A stretch of 57,971 nt of DNA, the filler included, from Dirinaria sp. TL-2023a (lineage: Eukaryota): the NCBI GenBank assembly GCA_051941275.1. It is 3 parts of 3 records of this genome, joined end to end, with 100 filler letters (N's around TTAATTAATTAA, not from the genome) between each part and the next. Parts side by side here need not be neighbours in the genome. Positions count along the whole stretch, not along the records: positions 38,740 to 57,971 come from JAVEBF010000346.1; 2 more parts are not named here. One strand, given 5' to 3'. Made by a program: the position numbers and the translations under genes. Of the stretch, positions 51,725 through 57,971 are shown in pieces. Position 1 is the stretch's first letter, and every line of letters begins with the position of its first letter. The notes under the pieces were generated by a model, which was not told where the DNA came from, did not search any database, and worked only from the letters and a program-made list of their open reading frames with translations.

Positions 51725-52388
51725 ATGTTTCGTTGCCACCCTTCTCCTCACATTCTCCTTCTCCTTATCGTTCTATCTCAAGGCATACTTTCCATCGCTT
51801 CTTCGATACGTCTGCCCATCAATAATTACAGAAGGGCCGATTCCCTGCCTTACTGGAGTACTGAGTATATATATCTAAATTCGTCTGCGTATTTGATATC
51901 AAAAGCTTACTATAGACAGAGTGCCAGACACTCTAATAACAGCGGACGGGTCCGCTTCGGCCCAAAACAACGCTCGCTCGATAGGCGTTCGGTTCAAACC
52001 GCGAACCACACGTATCCTTGCTCAAGCCGTCGCAGGTACCATCACTCAAGCGATGTGGAACGCATATGAAGCCTATGGTCTGCTTCCAACGGCTCAACGA
52101 AATTCCTTTAGCAATGAGTTTACTATACGGCATGGCCCGGATACATTCGACACCGTTGTTCAGATTACTGCCCAAGGAAACCAGACCGGACCTTACATCT
52201 TGACCAATTATCGCATGTGCAGAGTGCTGTCCCTGCTAGGATACGATTTTAGCACGCATATAAACATGAACAATCTAACGGAGTATGATTTCGATGTGGT
52301 CATTTTAGAGTTTGACAAAACACCTGTGGTTATAGGTAGGGGGTCTATGGCAAATGGAATTGCTGAGAACACGTCATCAGTATCATGA
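51725..52388 (+). CDS. Small secreted protein of unknown function, distantly similar in pattern to 1630-2315
   Basis: MFRCHPSPHILLLLIVLSQGILSIASS, RR site, one intron (~51858/51865 to 51915/51919), then VPDT...ILTNYRMCRVLSLL...YDFDV...VIGRGSM. Confidence 0.75.
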
Positions 52389-53559
52389 TGTATAGAGGAG
52401 GTATTAGTTATTGCAGATATCGATGGATCTGGGAAACACCTATCCGGGTACTAGGTGATTCACACCTGATGGCTGAAGTCAGGAAGATAATATTGTGAAA
52501 ACCTACGGCGCAAACGAAACCAGGGGCTATTGTCCCAGTCATCCCCCACATTTCAGCACTCAGAAGTTCCACTATGTGCTCTGGGCAGCCGTTCCTGCGT
52601 TCTAAAAGCTACAATATTTGACAGGTTTCCAGCAACTCCACAAGTGCCGAGGATCTATGATATTTCAGAACGGGCCTACAACACAGACCTTGCATTCGCC
52701 ATTTCCCGCATCCCTGCAATTGCTAAAAAAATGGGAGTGGTCCGCATAAGCTACAGGAAGTAAGTTAAGACTCGTTATAATTAATGCCTTATGTGTGTCT
52801 TATGAAATGTTTTTTAATATGCTTTATACTTTCTATTGTCATCTGTCTGTCTTCGGATACTTCTAATCCCATTATGTGCCCTGCTTTTGAAAGGCATGGC
52901 TTCGTGACAAAGCCTTAATCCGAGATTATCTTAACCTCATCGACAGGAGCCTTCATGCACCTGCGCGTTAGAGCGTCCTGTGATCATTCAGGAAATTGCC
53001 GAGCAGACCTCATTGTCAGACTCCCCCTTTATGCAAAGTGCTTTAAGCTTTAATATTCCATCGCAATAATGGCCCCAGGTTACAGAGAAACTAGGGTTCT
53101 CTGCAGATATGTCGCCTTCTATCAAACATTACTATTTCACTACATACAGCTTTCGATTCAATCATGACAATAAGCAGCATTATAAGAGATCAAGGCCATC
53201 CAATACCTTACTTTCAATCTCATTAGTTCATACGCGAGCATTTCCACGGCATAAACGGTCCTTTCGCAACTTGTTTCTATCCACTGCTAATATTCACTCC
53301 AAGTTTACGGGATTCCCCAAGTCGGAATATTTACTGGGAGATAGATTGACAGAAACGCAAGGCAGAGGAATGCGACTTCCAAGTTCAAGATAAAAGACGA
53401 TCAATTTATCAATATCTCAACATGGATACCAACGGGGACTGGAGGTGGTGTAAGCTGCGAGGCAATCCAATCACCATGGTAGTAAGAAGTCTACGCTCTA
53501 ATATTTCTTTTCCTAGGGGTCGGAGTACCAGCACAACCAAACACAATGTCCCACGTGCA

Positions 53560-55184
53560 TCAACGACCTCCCAGTTGGCCTTTCGATACGGGCCGGATCC
53601 AAGATACAAGGATATTACAGCCGATAACGATAACGCCGATGATAAGGAATACTCTGTCGTACGCGGTCCCTGAATATCGAGCTATCAGTAGAAAGACGAC
53701 TCCACCGAGATCACCCGCAGCACCAGTAACACCGGTGATTAGCCCTTTAATTCTATTAGCATGCACATCTATCCCAAGGCAGTGATCAAGCCTACCATTT
53801 GACGTTGGCTGAACATGGGGAACAAGAGAAAAGCAGCTTCCATTCGCGCTCTCTACGAAGAAGGCCAGACCAGTAATGAGACCCACCATTTGAGCTTTGG
53901 AAGTTAAAGTCTCCAGTCCGATAATAACCATGAAAATGCCGGCCAATATACTCAGCATGTGCATCAATATTTTCTTCCCCCATAAAGAGCCGGAGAAGCG
54001 GTAAATTGTATCACTCAGAAGACCTCCAGCAGGACGGCATACTGCGTTCAAAATACCGAAGATGGCGGCATACTTCCCAGAACCGGTCTGGCCGAGGCTT
54101 GGAAATTGATGATCATAGAAAGCGCCGAGAATAGGATTGATGCATAGTTCTATCCCGAAGGTGCAGAAGTAGGCCACTGCGAGAGTCAGGGTTGGTAACT
54201 GAGACACGGCTTTTGCGGAATTGCGCGCAGTTGGCTTTTCGACGAGTTCCCAACTGGCTGCTGTCAACAGGTCATCTTCCGGTGTCTGCGCTTCTGAAGA
54301 TTGGCTTTGATCCCTTCTGGAATTGAGCTTAACAGTATCGTTCTGGGAATCAAGGCTGAGGCTGTTGCATTTCTTGCGATCGGCCTTGGTGCTAAAAAAG
54401 GTATCGCGCATATCTATATGCCTTTGCACGTCCTGGGCGCGGGAGGACCAGGATCCTGTGGGGGTGTCCGGACAGGTCACTATCATTATGACGGCCGTGG
54501 CGGTTATCAATATGAAAGACACCACAAAAGTCACACGCCAGGCGACGTGATCCGAAAGGTGTTGGCGGTTCATCAAACTTTCAAGGATAGCAGGCATAAG
54601 GAAGTAGGTGACTCCGCTGCCGGCGTTACCTAGACCTGCCGTCAGGGAATTCGCTGTACCAACCACGCTCTTGTCAAAGAATGCTGTCGTCCAGACTTGG
54701 CAAGGGATGAAACTTCCACCCAGGATGCCAATAAAAAACCGCAGAGCAATCAGACCTGCTGGCGTCGTGACAGTACCAGCCAGCGCTGTGGGTACAGCAC
54801 CTAGGAGCAGAATCGTTGCAAAAGTCCATCTGGCACCGAACCGATCGCAAGCCGAACCAGCCGTCAGGCGAACCAGAAGTGTCGCCACCAGTGAGAGGAT
54901 GTTTGAGTTTGCAATATCTGCCTGGGAGAGCTGCAGGTCTTTCCGAATGGTGTAGGTCATCAATGGTGGAAAAGCGTACCATGACCAGAAAGCGATGAAA
55001 AAGCCCCACCACGATAAGAGGAATACTCGTCCATAAACATTGAGTGGATTGAATATCGGAATGGACTTTGCCTTGTCTAGATAACTATGTCAGGCAAAGA
55101 AAGTAATCCGGTATCGAGTTGTGTCTTACGTGTGACTGGATTGACTTCTGGCGCCCTCCACAAAGACTTTACTGAGAAAGCCAT
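53560..55184 (-). CDS. High-affinity nitrate transporter family protein (NRT2 / CrnA-NrtA-like MFS)
   Basis: join(55184..55130, 55076..53796, 53744..53560); FFIAFWSWYAFPPL, LLVRL, FFIGILGGSFIPCQVW, AGLGNAGSG, CRPAGG..SD, ANGSCFSLVPHV, GAAGDLGG. Confidence 0.92.
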
Positions 55185-56436
55185 TATTGCTGTTGGGCCT
55201 TAGCAGTCAGTACCAATGGTCCTATTCACTATCAACATGATCGCGCCGCAGCGCTACAGAAAAGCTGTCATTGCACAAGAGCGCCAAATCGTCCGCAGAG
55301 CAAGAGTTGAAGATTACTCTTTCGAGTAATCGAGAAGTCGCAATGAATGATCGCAGCGGTCTTCCGAGACCTAAGTCCGCGCCATCGTGCGTCTCGATGC
55401 CAGTCATAGCATGCAAGTAGATTCAATTGGTGGGTCTAAGCTAGGTCGTCGGCCTTACCTCACGAGATTTCTGATCTAGGTCCCAGACCTTGGCGAGGCA
55501 TTGGACCGCGTCGGATGTGCGACAGGGACTACTGGTCTCTAAAAGCCCGCCAAGGAGCACTAACCTCCATATCCCCCTATTTTCCGGAAGAAAAGGTTTC
55601 GATCACTTGACGATTTGTGGGGAAGAGGTACGCGACCGAATCAAATCTGCTGTGGTCTGGCTAGTGGCTAGGTAAAAGTCTTCCCACGCTAGCGAGTGTT
55701 TCGGCCAGCGATGCTCAACCAGTCCTACATCATGGATATTAGAGCACTACGCTACCGCTACTTTATCATCAACTCTCAATACACCAATAAGTCAGGTGCC
55801 GCTACAATATAACCCTTAATTCGTCGATCAAAGCTCCTTATCGCAGGGTACAGCACGACCTCATTGCTTGTCGCTTGCATCTAAGATCGACACTTGCGAA
55901 ACATGCAATCGCAAGTCATCAAATCTCCGTAGCACCGGAGCCGCAACACTCAATCACGAAGCAGCCCTGAATTCGGGAGAATCAAATGTGGGACTTGCGC
56001 AGAGCCACCAACGCGCGCCATGTGCGGCTTAAACACGGCTCATACTAGCCGCCCCAATGAAGGCTCCGATGATTCAAAGCCGGACCTCTTTAGCTAGCGT
56101 CAAGATGTTCTTCTATGATAAATGGTACCTGAACAGACACGTGCTTTCGGTTTCGGGCTTCCACAATTACAGTTTCACGGGGTGCACCTGGAGTGTTCCG
56201 TGTTTTCGTTGCCTAGATATGCCATTGCAAAGTGCATTTCCGTGGTATCTATATTGATCCAGACGCACTTAGTGCTCCAACAGTACGGAGTGCAAGACTA
56301 CCTATCAAGAGATATCAGCGAGCAGCAGGGCTAGTTTAATACTCTACCTAGTTAATCCATTTTCTCGGTGCTTCTCTATTGGAATTAATAGATATGCCAT
56401 CTTCGCGAGCATGGCCATGAAATTTCTACAACATAG

Positions 56437-57760
56437 ATGATGGATCATCCAACATATAAATCCCGCCCACCACCTCCGCAGTACACCGACAAGCGAACGC
56501 ACGCGAAATCCGGAATCGCCGAAAGTTCAAACTATGGCAATGGATCTTGGCTCTTGCGACGAACGTCATTCACCATCGAAAGCACGCCCGCCACGGCGGA
56601 AACCAACAACGACAGTTTCTCCGACCAACAATCCCTCACCTCCAGCGCGCGAAGCGAGGAGAAACGACGATTGCGCAATGTAATCTCAAGGTTCGGCCGG
56701 ATGCGCGACGAGGGGGTTGCGGATGGACGGCAAAGCCGAAGTAGCGAGGGCGTCACGCACCCATATGATGGCGAGCAATTCGGGACTACGGTCTCTATCG
56801 AAGTCGGTCACCACGCTCGACCTCGCACGCAACGACGGCATGAGATGAGGGGACTGGAGGAGGCGGCTAGTATGAAGCGGTGGAGTGGATCGGGGAAGCC
56901 GGCCGATGCATGGGGAAAGTTGGCAAAGGTATGCCTCTGCATTACAAAATTTTTCAAAAAAAAAAAAAAGACTCTCCTTCAAAATCATCTCTTTCTTCTC
57001 ATGAAATAACAGCTCTAGGACCCAGAACTATGGGACGAGGGCGGCGACACCCTTGTATATTTCGGCTACCAGCGCCCGGAAGCCTCCTTTCGAATCCACT
57101 CCTCACTGCTCGAAAACACCAAATCCGAGATCCTAATTTCTAAACTACGTGATGGCTGGCGTCCCTGTGCGAAACCAACCGCCACGCGTCTCCATGATCC
57201 ATCGCACAACAGCCGCGCTAATAAAGGCCCGCTCAGCAGCCTCAATCCCAACTCCCGCATCAAGTACGAGATCCATTTCCCAGCGCCAGAGGGTGCTTCG
57301 CGGCTCGAAATCCTCCGATACCACACGACAACGCGGAACTTGTTCGCTCTGCTACTGCAAAAACCGCTCGTCGGGCTCACCTTCTACCAAGCACTGACGG
57401 ACCTGCTGGAGCGAATCAAACTCTACATGCCTCACTCCACGACGAACCCAGCCCAAATCCTGGTCCAGCATATCCTAAAACTATCTCTGCACGACATCAG
57501 CAACGACCCAGGCGCAGCCGCGGGCCTGCTCGCATGGAGCGAAGACATCGAAGTGCGATGGGCAGCCGGCTGGCGCGAGGGGTTCGTGCACTGCGCGGGC
57601 ATGTACAAGCACGTGCAATCACTACCCGAGTACCGGGATCTCAGCAACTCGACATGCGTGCTGCTGAACCGCGCGCATCTGGAGCTGCAGGCGCGGGTCG
57701 AGGAGCTCGAGTGGCGGCTGGCGAGTTTCGAGTTCGAGGACCTGTGGTCCCCTTCTTCTT
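56437..57760 (+). CDS. Conserved Pezizomycotina protein of unknown function (DUF8004-like), 3' end replaced by foreign DNA
   Basis: Exon1 56437-56928, intron 56929-57018, then DPELWDEGGDTLVYF...YEIHFPAP...YHTTTRNLFALL..KPLVG...LLAWSE...WREGFVHCAGM...FEFEDLW. The domain name is from memory. Confidence 0.75.
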
Positions 57761-57772
57761 CTCCTCCTTCAG

Positions 57773-57906
57773 CGACCGAAAGAAACAAGGACAAGGAAGA
57801 GAAGATAAAGAAACCGTGGTTGTACGTGGTCAAGCGCAGGTTGCTCCTGAACAACCTGCAGGCCCTGGAGTTCAGCAAATTCTGCGACAATTTCGTCATG
57901 CTGAAG
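57773..57906 (+). other. Foreign exon encoding part of a class I myosin TH1 (PH-like) tail, amoebozoan-like; probable chimeric contig end
   Basis: A pyrimidine tract and AG (57751-57772) precede (A)TERNKDKEEKIKKPWLYVVKRRLLLNNLQALEFSKFCDNFVMLK, followed by a GT donor at 57907 and AT-rich intron-like DNA. Confidence 0.7.
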
Positions 57907-57971
57907 GTATTCCTTTGCTATTTACTACTAGCGCTTAATTTTACTTCTTACAACCGTTTTAACATTTCGCC

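Noticed and set aside
53745..53795. Apparent 17-aa insertion (RLDHCLGIDVHANRIKG) in the nitrate transporter
   Set aside because: It is a stop-free 51-nt intron (GTAGGC...GCTAAT...AAG) read through by the ORF track.
1..57971. CRISPR arrays, operons, intact transposons or prophage
   Set aside because: No repeat-spacer arrays, transposase/RT ORFs, LTRs or TIR pairs were recognised. Apart from the two terminal fragments, the DNA is intron-containing fungal sequence.

Overview
Eukaryotic, intron-containing DNA from a filamentous ascomycete (Pezizomycotina). A lichen-forming Lecanoromycete from a metagenomic assembly is my inference, not something the sequence proves. The window is three contigs joined by two artificial 100-nt spacers (N44-TTAATTAATTAA-N44 at 19306-19405 and 38640-38739). 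The centre is a housekeeping block: BLOC1S1, a hormone-sensitive-lipase-like hydrolase, RXT3, BTN1, TRA1, YJU2, the PP2A B56 subunit RTS1 and the TFIIIC subunit TFC1. The flanks are accessory. On the left are an NRPS-like adenylation gene, a small secreted protein, a PTH11/Sat4-like membrane protein, an O-acyltransferase pseudogene and a HeLo-like/ubiquitin-like protein. On the right are a RAMA-like protein, a second PTH11-like gene, an island of four secreted-protein genes, a divergent NRT2 nitrate transporter and a conserved unknown protein. Main findings: (1) a secreted tandem two-domain M35/deuterolysin-like protein with both zinc sites destroyed, inside a secreted-protein island; (2) both window ends switch abruptly to non-fungal DNA, a bacterial M23 peptidase fragment on the left and an amoebozoan-like myosin-I exon on the right, most likely assembly chimeras; (3) recurrent GC-rich islands with a strand-symmetric C-rich to G-rich switch; (4) an Asn-to-Asp change in the second nitrate signature of the transporter. 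All family assignments come from motif recognition by eye; no searches were run.
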